A stretch of DNA of 64,000 nucleotides from Octopus sinensis (Eukaryota). This document shows, in pieces, positions 13,743-27,527 of the stretch. The notes under the pieces were generated by a model that was not told the DNA's origin, made no database searches, and saw only the letters and a program-made list of their open reading frames with translations. Position numbers and translations under genes: made by a program. The DNA lies in NCBI RefSeq assembly GCF_006345805.1, contig NC_043021.1, positions 13,330,001 to 13,394,000 of the forward strand, written 5' to 3'. Every line of letters begins with the position of its first letter. Position 1 is the stretch's first letter.

Positions 13743-14745
13743 ATTGTGTAATAGAGCTGCAGGCTGTTGCTTGAAAAGTATTTGGCTGTTATTTCTGGAA
13801 AATCGAAGGAACAAACTGGAAGTGACAATTGAATGAGAGTTGTTGTCAATATCCTAGATCGGCCGTTCCAGCAATGACCGTCCAGTCTTTTTTCAATGGA
13901 TCCAATGTAGGCGTCCTTTCCTTTTTAAGAAAGTATTGTGTAATAGGGAAGAGATCTTGGTTTGCTGTGTCTAGCTGGGTCGAATGACAACGTCCGAAGT
14001 AGAGAGAATTCTCGTTGGCAGACTAAATTTTATCTAGATTTATATTTGAAAAACTTTTCGTTGATGAAGTCCCTAAAAACCTAATTGAAATTAAAAATAA
14101 TAATCACTGTTTCTAACAGGGGCCGCAATTTTCAAAGAAGGGAGCTAGAGGATACGATCGACTAGTATTTGAATGGTCTTTTATTTCATCGACCTGGGGA
14201 AAAGATGAAAGGCAAATCCGACCTCGACGAAATTTGAATTCTTTACTTTAAGAACCGAAACAAATATCTCACAATAATGGTTTCTGATTTAGGCACAAGA
14301 CCAGCAATTTTGAGAGGAAGGCATTATACGACACCATCGGTGAAGACTTGATACTCCATTTGATCGAACCTGGAAGAAGATGAGAGCTAAAGTTGACCTC
14401 AGTGGAATATGAACTCTCAAAATGTAAAGAGCCGGAACAAATATATATTTTGTGGTGAAGGGACGAATCGATATCAACCCCAGTATTTGACTGGTACTTT
14501 ATTTTACCGACACCGGATGGACGAAAAGCCAAGTTGACCTCAAGAGAATTTCAACTCAGAAAATAAAGAGTCGGAGCAAATAATATTGATAATAATTTTT
14601 TTTTAATGGCTTAAGTCTTAAGACAAAAACAGGAATTTAAGCAGTATACCTATGAATTTGTAAAATTAAAGATCCATTATTTTTTTTTTGTCAGTACAAA
14701 GGTTCCCACAAACATCTTTTTGTATTTGTAATTCGCTCGCTGGTA

Positions 14746-15264
14746 CCGTAAATCCTCGAGTATAGTCCGTCCTTGAGTATAATATGCTCGGGATTTTTAG
14801 GGAGCTGTACCTCTGAAAAATCTAAACCTTGTGTATAATACGCACCCCTTCTCTAACTTGAGTCAAGGAGGTCTATATAACGTCCTTGGTTTGTAAAAAT
14901 GTATATGGTAACGTCCTTTATTATTATTGTATATATAACATAATGCAAACGTGTAGCTTTTTTGTGAATTTTGTTTGCAGAAAATAAAGAAATAACAGTA
15001 ATAACATTTAATAAATGTTGCTTATTGCAAGTTATGGATGATTCTTTTATGACTTCATTGCTTTCAGGCTTAGCTTAAGGTATTTTCGCGCCCGACATCA
15101 CAAAATGCGTCTGAATAAACATTGCCGGACAGCAAATAGAGATTTGGACATTGCTTAGAAAATAATTTTCATAGCAATGTCCAAGTCTCGTATATAGTAC
15201 GCACTAGGGATTTTGAGCTTTAAATTTTGGGGAAAAAATGTGGATTATGCTCGAGGATTTACGG
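14746..15264. mobile_element. Tigger/pogo-like MITE
   Basis: TA|ccgtaaatcctcgagtatagtcc ... ggattatgctcgaggatttacgg|TA: about 23-bp TIRs and a TA target duplication. Confidence 0.85.
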
Positions 15265-15345
15265 TACTTAAAAATAAAAAAGGATCTATCTCGACTCTGA
15301 AATGCTCCATTGTTGGGTCATGTGTCCTTCCTTCTTTAAAACTAC

Positions 15346-15467
15346 GAGTGTGATTTAAAAGAGGTGGCTGTTATCCCTAGCGAGTTATGTGATTTAAAAG
15401 AGGTGGCTGTTATCCCTAGTGAGTTATGTGATTTAAAAGAGGTGGCTGTTATCCCTAGCGAGTTAAG
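15346..15467. repeat. 39-bp tandem repeat, about 3 copies
   Basis: Unit gagttatgtgatttaaaagaggtggctgttatccctagc. Confidence 0.95.
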
Positions 15468-15970
15468 TGACTGCATAGAGTGTCTCTCCCGATAGGTTTC
15501 GATAATAACTAGATAGAAGTTGCCAGCTACACCATCAGCAATCAACAGAAAGTTGCAACCAGCCACTGTAAAATACAGCAACAGTAATAACAGTTGCTGC
15601 CGACCTGGCATCGAGCCCCACTGCACACAGGGCAGTGAGTCATCGTTGTGCAACTGTTGTTGGATGCGCGCGCGTGCGTGCGTGCAAGGGTTTGCGCGCG
15701 CGGCGCGTGCATGTGTATACGTGTGCAGGCGTGCGCGTATTATTATTCTTAGTACGTCTGTTGTGTGTGTGTTTGTGCAAGATCCAAGTCCCGTCGTACG
15801 CGTCCACTTATGCGTGCATGTGTTATTGTGTAAGTGGTTTTTGGAAGTACTGTTGTACGCGTATATATGTCCATGTGCGTTGCGTGCAGTCTGTGTGTGT
15901 GTGTGTGCGTGTGTGTGTGTGTGCGTGTGTGTATTTGTGTGGTGTGTGTGTGTGTGTGCGTGTGTGTATT

Positions 15971-16005
<35 letters not shown>

Positions 16006-16808
16006 ATTTGTGTGTGTGTGTGCGTGTTTAGTGAGTTTGTGTTAGCTCAAATTCTCGCTTCTTTGTATGCATTTAATACAAGTATCGCGTGTGTGTTTCT
16101 ACAAGTACTGTTATTGTACGTGTATAAGCATGTTAATGTATGTATGCGTATGTTTACATGTATAATTACGGGGCATTCATAGAGAATAGAGTCGGAAATT
16201 ATCTAGTGCGCTAAAAAAAAAATCATAATTTCTCCGGATCTGTATGTTTTAAACATTGCAGATTAGGAATCTGAAAAGGAAAATTTTTTTTAATGTGTGT
16301 AGCGATGATGGGACGATTTGGAGGTCTTTTTTCAGTTAACTCTTAATTTCGAGTATTTTCCAAAACCTTTTGGGGTTTATGTTGCGCATAATTTTCTAGG
16401 ATTCTAATCTCAGATGCTTTAAAATATAAAAACCTACAAAAAGAAAATATCAAAATGAAAAGTTAGGGAAAAGAAGTGGGAACTTCCAACCACTTCTTTC
16501 TCCCTCCAGATTTGCAATCTACGAAGTTTACAACATACAGATCCAAAGTAAACACAATTCTGAACACATAAGATGATTTCCGACTCTATTCTCTAAGAAT
16601 ACCAAGTACAGTTTGCCTATTGAATGTGTGCGTACTTGCATCAGTTTAAAATGGTTATTGTTACCCATAGAATAAATACCAAGCTTAAAAAATAAGTTCG
16701 GGGGGGGGGGGGCGATTCATTCGACTAAAAATTCAAGGCGTTGCCCCAGCATGGCCGCAGTCTGACTGAAACAAGTAAAAGGTAAAAGAGATATAAACAT
16801 AACTCCTA

Positions 16809-17300
<492 letters not shown>

Positions 17301-17815
17301 ATAACTGGCACTCCGTCGGTTACGGAGAATTGGGAATTCCCAATTTATATGCATGTTTGTTAATATAATAATGACTGGTATCCTTATATATCAATATATT
17401 TTGTATAAATAGGGAATTTATATTGGGAATTCCCAATTTATATTCATGTTTGTTATTTTATAATAATTACTGGTATCCTTATATATTAATAGATTTTATA
17501 TCTTATATGTAATGTAAAGCATAATATGTTATACATGTATGTATATAATTATAATTATTTGTTTAGTAAATAAATAAATAAGTTAACATAATATAATGTC
17601 TAAAAGTTGATGAACCACCTATTGTTCTCCTCCATTTTCTTATTCCTCTATAAATTAATGGTAAAATATCTCTTGACCCTCACCCATTTAGGTAATGTAA
17701 TTGCCATGCAATAAAAAACACTTGTGTATTAATAATTGGGTATTCTACCAGCAGTATATTGGCTGGATATTATCCCTGAGTGGGATGGATTCACAACCTC
17801 TAACTTTCTTGGAGT

Positions 17816-17902
<87 letters not shown>

Positions 17903-17928
17903 CTGAAAGAGTATATATATATATATAT

Positions 17929-18011
<83 letters not shown>

Positions 18012-18021
18012 TATATAAAAA

Positions 18022-18067
<46 letters not shown>

Positions 18068-18069
<2 letters not shown>

Positions 18070-18362
18070 TCTTTCAGTCATTTGACTGCGGGCATGCTGG
18101 AGCCCAGGACTTATTCTTTGTAAGCCTAGTACATATCGGTCTCTTTTGCCAAACCGCTAAGTTACGGGGACGTAAACACACCAGTATCGGTTGTCGAGCG
18201 ACAGACAAACACAGACATATATGATGGGCTTCTTTCAGTTTCCGTCTACCAAATCCACTCACGAAGGCTTTGGTCGGCCCGAGGCTATATAGTAGAAAAC
18301 CCTTGCCCAAGGTGCCACGCAGTGGGACTGAACCCGGAACCATGTGGTTGGTAAGCAAGCTA
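18068..18362 (-). mobile_element. SINE family A copy with deletions
   Basis: Reverse complement of family A; inverted relative to the 16809-17300 copy. Confidence 0.85.
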
Positions 18363-19512
18363 CACACACACACATACAAAACACACGTTCACATACACAA
18401 GGCAGCTCTTCCATACATAAGCACACACAATGCATAGAAGACCAATACAAAATAAATAGATAGATAAATAGGAGGAGGAGGCCAAAAAGAGAAAAAGGGG
18501 AAAGACCTCCCCTTCCTCTCATCGTCACTCGCTGTCTGCCTCACGAGCATATTTCTGAAAATAGTTCATAGGAACTTCATACTACAGAAAGTATACTTGA
18601 CCATTCTTCAGACTAACAGAATGTACGCGCACGCTTACACGCACACACATACGCGCAAGCACGCGCACACACATCAAACAATCTGTGTCATTGTCCTTCG
18701 GGTTCATGTAACCAGGATTACTCAGTCTTAAGGACTTTAAACACATCATCAGAAATTTTTTGTTGTATATTTTTTAAAGTTTTGTTGTAATTGTACTTTT
18801 TTTTTGTTTTATACAGAATGCTTAGTTGTAGTAAAAACAACATCGAATAAAGCAAAACAAAAACAACAACAAAAAGCAAAGCAAAAAAACAAACAAACAA
18901 ACAAACAAGAAAGCCTACGTGGTTCTTAAGCCTGTATGCTGTCTCTCGGCCTGCTAGAAATAGCAGCAAAATTTCCATTAAATCAAATTTTACTCCCTTC
19001 GGGGAAGGATGAACCCATTGAAAGCAATGAAAAGAAGAAAAAAATAATTAATAAATAATTAAAAAGATGGGATAGCCATGGGTGGAACATCTTTTATCTT
19101 TGGTTTACTCTATAAGAATTGACCAAGGACTCAACAACGGCAAAAGTTGATTTATCCCACGAACTGATGAAAGAATTATAGTGAAACCTTGCATGCTAGA
19201 AATAGCAGCCAAATCTCTCACATAAGGGGAACAGTATTTAGGAAAAGGGGATTAATCCCTTGGCATTCAGATTACATTATTAAATATAAATGCTTCTTTA
19301 TTCACATTATTTTGAATTAATCAGGCATTATCTCATAACTTTGAGATTTCAATGATGTGACCCTAACCCAGAATTGTTAGCACGCCGGGCAAAATGCTTA
19401 GTGTTATTTCGTCTGTCTTTACGTTCTGAGTTCAAATTCTGCCGAGGTCAACTTCGCCTTTCATCCTTTCGTGGTCAGTTAAATAAATTACCTCAGTCCT
19501 ATATAATCTTAA

Positions 19513-19970
19513 TCATCATCCTCATCATGATCATCATCAACATCATCGTTTAACGTCCGCTTTCCATGCTAGCATGGGTTGGACAGTTCAACTGGGGTCT
19601 GGGAAGCCAGAAAGCTGCACCAGGCCCAGTCTGATCTGGCAATGTTTCTACAGCTGGATGCCCTTCCTAACGCCAACCACTCCGTGAGTGTAGTGGGTGC
19701 TTTTTACGTGCCACGGCACAGGTGCCAGACGAGGTTGGCAAACGGCCATGATCAGATGGTGCTTTTTACGTGCCACCGGCACGGAGACCAGACGAGGCTG
19801 GCAACGGCCACGATCGGATGGTGCCTTTTACGTGCCACTGGCACGTTCAGATGGTTCTCTTACGTGCCACCGGCACTGGTATCACTGCTACAAATTCCAT
19901 TGATGTTGATCGATTACGATTTTGATTTTCACTTGCCTCAACAGGTCTTCACAAGTAGAGTTTTGTGTCC
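19513..19970 (-). mobile_element. Non-autonomous retroposon family C ((GAT)n tail, internal ~58-bp modules)
   Basis: Reverse complement of 25330-25795; cagctggatgcccttcctaacgccaaccac and repeated ttttacgtgccac modules. Confidence 0.8.
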
Positions 19971-20242
19971 CAATAATAATAATAATAATAATAATTTCTA
20001 CTATAAGTACAAGGTCTGAAATTTTGGGGGAGAGGACTAGTCAGTTACATTGACCCCAGTGTTTCACTGGTTCTTAATTTATAGACCACGAAAGGATAAA
20101 AGGCAAAGTCAACCTCAGCGGAATTTGAACTCAGAACATTGCGGCAGATGAAATAAGGCTAAGCATCTTGCTTGGCGTGCTGACGATTTTGCCAGCTTGT
20201 CACCTTACTACTACTACTACTACTACTATACTACTATACTAC

Positions 20243-20286
<44 letters not shown>

Positions 20287-20550
20287 GTTTCAAATTTTGC
20301 CACAAGGGCAGCCATATTTTGTGGGGACAGGATAAGTTTATTACATCGACCTTCCCCCCCCCACCACCACCAGTGTTTCACTGGTACTTAATTTATCGAC
20401 CCAAAAAGGATGAAAGGCAAAGTCGACCTCAGCGGAATTTGAACTCTGAACATAGCGACAGGCGAAATACTACTAAGCATCTCGTCCAGTGCGCTAACAA
20501 TTCTGCCAGCTCACCACCTTATATATTATTATTATTATTATTATTAATAT

Positions 20551-20596
<46 letters not shown>

Positions 20597-21371
20597 TTCT
20601 AGTTTCTTACAAGATAATTCTTGTTTTTCTTTAAGAGTACTTATCTATTTTTATTGGTCAAAGTTAAATTATCTGGTAAGGTCCCAATAATAATTATGAT
20701 AACAATAATAATCTTGTTTTTCTGTTTTTTGTACCCAACTTATTGGATCACTTTTGCTCATTCATGTTCCGTGTGACTGTGTCAAATGGGATGATGATGC
20801 TATGAAGGACAATGCAGGGCATTCACACATCAAGTACACAGTCTGAGTAATTTTTAAGAGGTTTCTCCATGTGGAAATACCTCAATGACAGAATAACAGA
20901 GCAATGTGAAATATGAAAGCGGAAGCCAACACAAGTCCATGAAAAAGAGTGAAGTCGAAGGTCACAAACAAGTGATGTAATAACAGAACATGATGATTTA
21001 AAGGTTTCTAGTGAAAAACTCGGGTCATTCATAAGAGACATCCGGTTATGTTTAGAGCGGCATTTGGTCTTTATAATTTTATTAATCTTCTAATTGGCTT
21101 GCAGAATAACAGGAATTTCCCCACACCTTTTATAGAATAGGAAAAAACAAACGGATAATTGTGCGCCAAACACAAAAGAGAAAGTAAAATGTTTCAGTTT
21201 CTAATTAATGTAAATTTTCCTGGAACTTTGGAATTTGTTTGTTTTCTTTGAAAGATTTAGAAAAAATTTTGTGGGTTTTTTTTTGCTGAAATTTTCGATA
21301 TTTTTTTATTGCATGCTGTATGAATGTCCAAATAGAAGTACGTGTATGCATCATCATCATTGTCATCATTA

Positions 21372-21617
21372 ACGTCTGCTTTCCATGCTAGCATGGGTTG
21401 GACGGTTCGACTGAGGACTGGCAATCCAGAAGGCTGCACCAGGCTCCAATCTGATCTGGCAAAATTTCTACAGCTGGATGCCCTTCCAAATGCCAACCAC
21501 TCTGAGAGTGTAGTGGGTGCTTTTTACGTGCCACCAGCACAAGGGCCAGTCAGGTTGTACTGGCATTGACCACACTTGAATGGTGCTTTTTACGTGCCGG
21601 GAGCATGTGTGTATATA

Positions 21618-21674
<57 letters not shown>

Positions 21675-22055
21675 CACACAGTCTAATGTGAGCTGATTCA
21701 GTGTATTTACGGTAATCCCTCGCTATATCACGTCTGCTTTCCATTCTGGCATGGGTTGGACGGTTCGACTGAGGACTGGCAATCCAGAAGGCTGCACCAG
21801 GCTCCAATCTGATCTGGCAAAATTTCTACAGCTGGATGCCCTTCCTAACACCAACCACTCTGAGAGTGTAGTGGGTGCTTTTTATGTGCCACCCCACCAG
21901 CACAAGGGCCAGTCAGGTGGTACTGGCATTGACCACACTTGAATGGTGCTTTTTATATGCCGGAAGCATGTGTGTATGTGTGTGTGTGTGTGTGTGTGAC
22001 ACACAGTCTAATGTGACCTGATTTGGTGTATTTACGGTAATCCCTCGCCATGTCA
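21372..22055. repeat. Tandem duplication of about 350 bp (family C fragment + (TG)n + spacer + MITE start)
   Basis: 21372-21730 recurs at 21730-22055 with scattered substitutions. Confidence 0.85.
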
Positions 22056-22270
22056 CGGTTCACCTATCACAGTTTATTATTTAAGCTTAGTCGATTCCTC
22101 CATGATGTTGTTTTGCATTTATAATAAAATTACAGATATAGATAAATATATACAAATTATAACAATAATTAAAAAAAATATACAGTACAGTACTGTTTTT
22201 ACTTTGCAGATTTTCACCTATTGCAAGGGGGTGGTGGAACGTAACACCTACAATAGTCAAGGGATTACTG
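22035..22270. mobile_element. Tigger-like MITE
   Basis: TIRs cggtaatccctcg / caagggattactg; same family as 46683-46933 in the opposite orientation. Confidence 0.75.
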
Positions 22271-23116
22271 TGTGTGTGTGTGTGCATGTGTGACAGTCTA
22301 ATGTGAGCTGACTCAGTGTATTTATACCTATTTCTTTACTACCCACAAGGGGCTAAACACAGAGAGGACAAACAAGGACAGACACACGGATTAAGTCGAT
22401 TATATTGACCCCAGTGCATAACTGGTACTTATTTAATCGACCCCGAAAGGATGAAAGGCAAAGTCAACCTCGGCGGAGTTTGAACTCAGTGTATTTATAC
22501 CTATCTGTCTACAGCGAGAAATTTTCTCCATGACAGAACACAGTGAATGGCTTTCTTATAGATTTAAATATGTCTCAAGCATAACCAAATTCAACCTCAG
22601 CAGAATTTGAACTCAGAGAGTATAAAGACAGACTAAATGCCGCTAAGCATTTTACCCGGCATGCTAACGGTTCTGCCAGCTCGCCACCCTTGTACATATG
22701 TATTTCATATGATTGGTCTGTTTAGTCTATGCCAAAACGGATCTAAAAGCTCAGTTATGATGACGCTGACGAAGATAAGGATACAGAACAAAGAGGATTG
22801 GTATTTAATTTCATAATCAAGACTTGAATTATCTACATTTTAATTAAGTTTCACTGGTCTATATTTGTTGTAGTTGTTGTTATTGCTTAACCTCAATTTC
22901 TGTCCACCAAACACGAAGACCCAACAATATCCGGATACTGTTTTCTAATTGTCGAATTCATGCATGCACACAGGCATGCATAGATGTTGATTGCCTCATC
23001 TCGTTAGATAATAGCCGTCTCACATAAATGATTAGTGAGACAGTTGTAATTCATTGGATTCAGGTGACAAAACCTTGTACAACACTTTTGTCACACTTTC
23101 TTGGTCACCATAGTAA

Positions 23117-23390
23117 GCTCCGTGGCCCAGTGGTTAGGGCAGCGGACTCGTGGTCGGAGGGTCGCGGTTTCAGTTCCCAGTGGTTTTGATTCCCACCTAA
23201 AACTCCACGAGGCTCCATCAGGAGGTGGTGGCGACCCATGTTGTACTCTTTCACCCCTACTTTCTCTCACTCTTTCTTCCTGTTTGTGGATTAACACTGT
23301 GAAGGACTGGGGGTACACATATGCCATAGAAACTGGGAAACCGGACCCATGAGTCTGGCTAGGCTTGAAAAGGGTGAAAAAGAAAGAAAT
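23117..23390 (+). mobile_element. SINE family D (tRNA head)
   Basis: tggcccagtggttagggcagcggactcg...; tail gaaactgggaaaccggacccatgag...ggcttgaaaagggtgaaa; a second copy lies at 42479-42793. Confidence 0.8.
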
Positions 23391-23800
23391 AGTAAGCTCC
23401 AGTAAAAAACATTGCGAAATGACAAGGATAGTAATTTTTACTCATTTTTATGACCTAAGTGGAATTTGAACTCAGAATGTAAAGACAGATGAAATGCCAC
23501 TAATCACTTTGCCTAGCATGCTAACAATTCTGTGAGCTGCCCCTTACCTTAACAATAATAATCCTTTCTTATTTCTTTATTGCTCACAAGGGGCTAAACA
23601 TAGAGGGGACAAACAAGGACATACAAAGGGATTAAGTCGATTACATCGACCCCAGTGTGTAACTGGTACTTAATTTATCGACCCCGAAAGGATGAAATCG
23701 GCGAAATTGAAATCAGAACATGAAAACAGGCAAAATAGAGCTAAGCATTTTGTCTGGCATGCCAATGATTCTGCAAGGCTACCTTATATGAATATATATA

Positions 23801-23854
<54 letters not shown>

Positions 23855-23949
23855 GTATGAATGTGCGTATGTATGTGTGTGTGTGTGTGTGTACATATAT
23901 ATGTATGTATATTTATAATATATATATATACACTATATATATATATACA

Positions 23950-23995
<46 letters not shown>

Positions 23996-24043
23996 CATTC
24001 TATATATATATACATATATATATATACATATATACATATATAT

Positions 24044-24094
<51 letters not shown>

Positions 24095-24098
24095 ATAC

Positions 24099-24129
<31 letters not shown>

Positions 24130-24189
24130 CATATAATATATATACATATATATATATATACATATATATATATACATATATATATATAC

Positions 24190-24263
<74 letters not shown>

Positions 24264-25176
24264 TATATATATATGTATATCAGTGTATGTATTCCAGTGT
24301 GAGAAACAGTTCTATATTTACAGCACAATTAAAGCCATTCGAATTATCATTCTGTTTACATTCTCATAAAAGCCAATTATACAGATTGCCAGGGAAAAAC
24401 CATCAAAAGGTTTTTTTCTCTCTGAAGTGCATCCCACGGTAACTCTTTGTTTAAAATGTAGCCTAACAGTTCTCGGAACACTGAATAACTAAGACAATGA
24501 CATGACTAAAAGGAAAATTAACTATATTAATTACTAATTCGTACTTGTTTGGTGGGTGAGTGACTGATCTGATCTAGAGGAATTGTGTCGGCAATGGATA
24601 ACAATGCTGCTAATGACTCTTGGCACTTTAGAGCGGTCATTCTCAGCCATTTTTTTTTTACTTAGGGACCCCTTTATTTATTATTTTATTCTGGTGGATC
24701 CTCAAAAATGCTTAAAAACTAATTCTATAGATACTTCTTTCAAAATTCCCATTTTGTTATTCACTCCTTCACAGTTTGATGAAGGTAAAAATATGGGGGA
24801 TGGTCATATTTAGAAGGTCTTTTATTTATAAATCTGCTTGATCAGAGGTGACCAAGAGATAAACATCAATATCAAAATAGTCTTTTACACATTCTTCTCT
24901 CTTTTTCCCCCACTCTCCCTTTGAACTATGTAAAAAATGTTAGAAAAAGAAACCTAGCTGTTTCTTGCAATACATACATTTAAAACAAAACTTTTCAGAG
25001 ACCCTTAAAATACTGGTATGGATCCTTAATTCACTGTTTTGCTAGCATGGACTTTCAAAAATCTTCTCTGGACCCCACCAGGAATCATATGCACCCCGGT
25101 TCAGAACTTTAGGACTTGCGATTCCATTACAAAATGGAACGGAAAGTGTTGGCTTTAATATATATACAGATAAAAC

Positions 25177-25998
25177 CAGGGCTGTGGAGTCAGACTCGTG
25201 GAGCCAGAGTCAGAGTTGGAAACAATTAAGGGGTAGCTATACCCGGCAGGATAAGTGAGACCATAACCCGTGGCCTCTACCTGGGATGTAGCCAGCCCAC
25301 TTATGCATACCTTTCCTTCTTGTGACACAAACCCTACTTGTGAAGACCTGTTGAGGCAAGTGAAAATCAAAATCAAAACCAAAATCGATCAACATCAATG
25401 GAAACTGTAGCTGTGGTACCAGTGTCGGTGGCACGTAAGAGAACCATCCAAACGTGGCCATTGCCAGCGCCGCCCCGACTGGCCTCCATGCCAGTGGCAC
25501 ATAAAAAGCACCATCCGATTATGTCCGTTGCCAGCCTCGCCTGGCCCCCGTGCCGGTGGCATGTAAAAAGCACCATCTGATTGTGGCCATTTGCCAGCCT
25601 CGTCTGGCACCTGTGCAGGTGGCATGTAAAAGGCACCCACTACACTCATGGAGTGGTTGGCATTAGGAAGGGCATCCAGCTGTAGAAACACTGCCAGATC
25701 AGACTGGGCCTGGCGCAGCCTTCTGGCTTCCCAGACCCCAGTTGAACCGTCAAACCCATGCTAGCATGGAAAGCGGACGCTAAACAATGATGATATACCA
25801 AATCCGACTCACAATATCATTATTCTTTAATATAAGCCAGTTATAACATATAGGCCGACTCAAAGTACAAGAGTATTTCATATGCTTTACGAGATATGCA
25901 GACCGCAATCACTTAATTACATAAAGAGGAGTCAGAGTCAGAGGTGCCAACAGAGAGGAGTCAGAGTCAAATATTTTTGTTTCGACTCCACAGCCCTG
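25177..25998. mobile_element. hAT-type MITE with 8-bp TSD, containing a nested family C retroposon
   Basis: gataaaac|cagggctgtggagtc ... gactccacagccctg|gataaaac: 15-bp TIR and a perfect 8-bp TSD (25169-25176, 25999-26006). Confidence 0.9.
25223..25795 (+). mobile_element. Retroposon family C, longest copy
   Basis: Four ggtggcacgtaaaaagcacc-type modules, then gtggttggcattaggaagggcatccagctgtagaaa...catggaaagcggacgctaaacaatgatgat. Confidence 0.8.
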
Positions 25999-26986
25999 GA
26001 TAAAACATTGATTTTCTCAAATCATCAGTTCCAAAGTCTTTCTAAATTACTGATTTTCTTCGATTCAATGACAGCGGGACTGAACCTGAAGCCATATGCT
26101 AGGGAAGCAAATTTCTTGAAGGTAAAAATATGGGGGATGGTCATATTTAGAAGGTCTTTTATTTATAAATCTGCTTGATCAGAGGTGACCAATGGATAAA
26201 CATCAATATCAAAATAGTCTTTTACACATTCTTCTCTCTTTTTCCCCCACTCTCCCATTCTCTCTTCACTAACCATTTCATTCCTTTTGCCACCCCCAGA
26301 TGTAAATGGACTCTTCCAATATGTGACATTAAATTGCACTGCTGCAATGACATTTTAGTGACATAAAGGGGAAAGGGGTCATCATGACCACCATCATCAG
26401 GACCACCACTACCACCACCACCACCACCACCACCACCACCACCACCACAAACTCCATCACTGTCTTCATCCTCATCATCACCATTATTATCACAATCATC
26501 ATCACCACCACCACCACCACCACCACCATTACCCCATCACTACAAACACCATCATCCCCACCACCATCGCCATCATTAATCTGATAGCCTATTGGCAGAA
26601 TTGTTAGAATACCGGACAAAAACGCTTTGTGGTCTGTAGGCCTTTACAATCCAAGTTCAAGCCTTAGCTTCAGATTTCATTGTTTAAGGGTAAAAACAAA
26701 GGACCAGTTAAATACTGGGATAGAATTGATATGCTTATAATCTTATGAGATGCAAATGGGATTACAACAGAAAATGACAACTTATCTTGCCATTCATCCT
26801 TTGGGGGAGGGGGCTAAAATAAAGTACCAGTTATATACTAGGGTTGAGACAGTCTTCTGATGCAGTTTAGATGTGAATGGAATTATAATAGAGGACAATA
26901 TATCTATAACCTGGTTGGTGTGTCATGGCCTTGAGCAAGATGCTTCATTTCATGTAACTAAGACTACTCAGTTGAAATGAGTACAA

Positions 26987-27527
26987 GTTGGTGCAGCCTC
27001 TATTCCCACCATCTGAGTGTTGGTGCAGCCTCTATTCCCACCATCTGAGTGTTGGTGCAGCCTCCACTCCTTCCAGCTGAATGGTGGCGCAGCCTCCACT
27101 CCCTCAAGTTGAGTGTTGGTGCAGCCTCCATTCCCACCAGCTGAGTGTTGGTGCAGCCTCCACTCCTTCCAGCTGAATGTTCGTGCAGCCTCCACTCCAT
27201 CAAGCTGAGTGTTGGTGCAGCCTCCATTCCCACCATCTGAGTGTTAGTGCAGCCTCCACTCCTTCCAGCTGAATGTTGGTGCAGCCTTCACTCCCTCAAG
27301 TTGAGTGTTGGTGCAGCCTCCATTCCCACCAGCTGAGTGTTGGTGCAGCCTCCACTCCTTCCAACTGAGTATTCGTGCAGCCTCCACTCCCTCCAGCGGA
27401 ATGTTTGCGCAGTCTGCATTCCCTCAAGCTGAGTGTTGGTGCATCCTCCACTCCCTCCAACTGAGTGTTGGTGCAAACTTCACTCCTTCAAGCTGAGTGT
27501 TGGTGTAGCCTCCACTCACTCCAGCTG
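26987..27527. repeat. 32-bp minisatellite, 17 copies
   Basis: Unit gttggtgcagcctccactccttccagctgagt at exact 32-bp period, with no spacers. Confidence 0.95.

Noticed and set aside
15520-16182. 220-aa ORF
   Set aside because: Non-ATG start; most of its length is (TG)n/(CG)n microsatellite giving CVCV runs; no domain.
20820-21110. Coding-looking unique sequence
   Set aside because: Stops interrupt the plus-strand frames examined, and no convincing splice sites bound an open segment.
23692-24369. 225-aa ORF and the many other [12 protein letters not shown] ORFs
   Set aside because: Stop-free translation of (TA)n and (CA)n tracts.
26987-27527. CRISPR-like regular array
   Set aside because: Contiguous 32-bp units without unique spacers, no cas genes, eukaryotic context.
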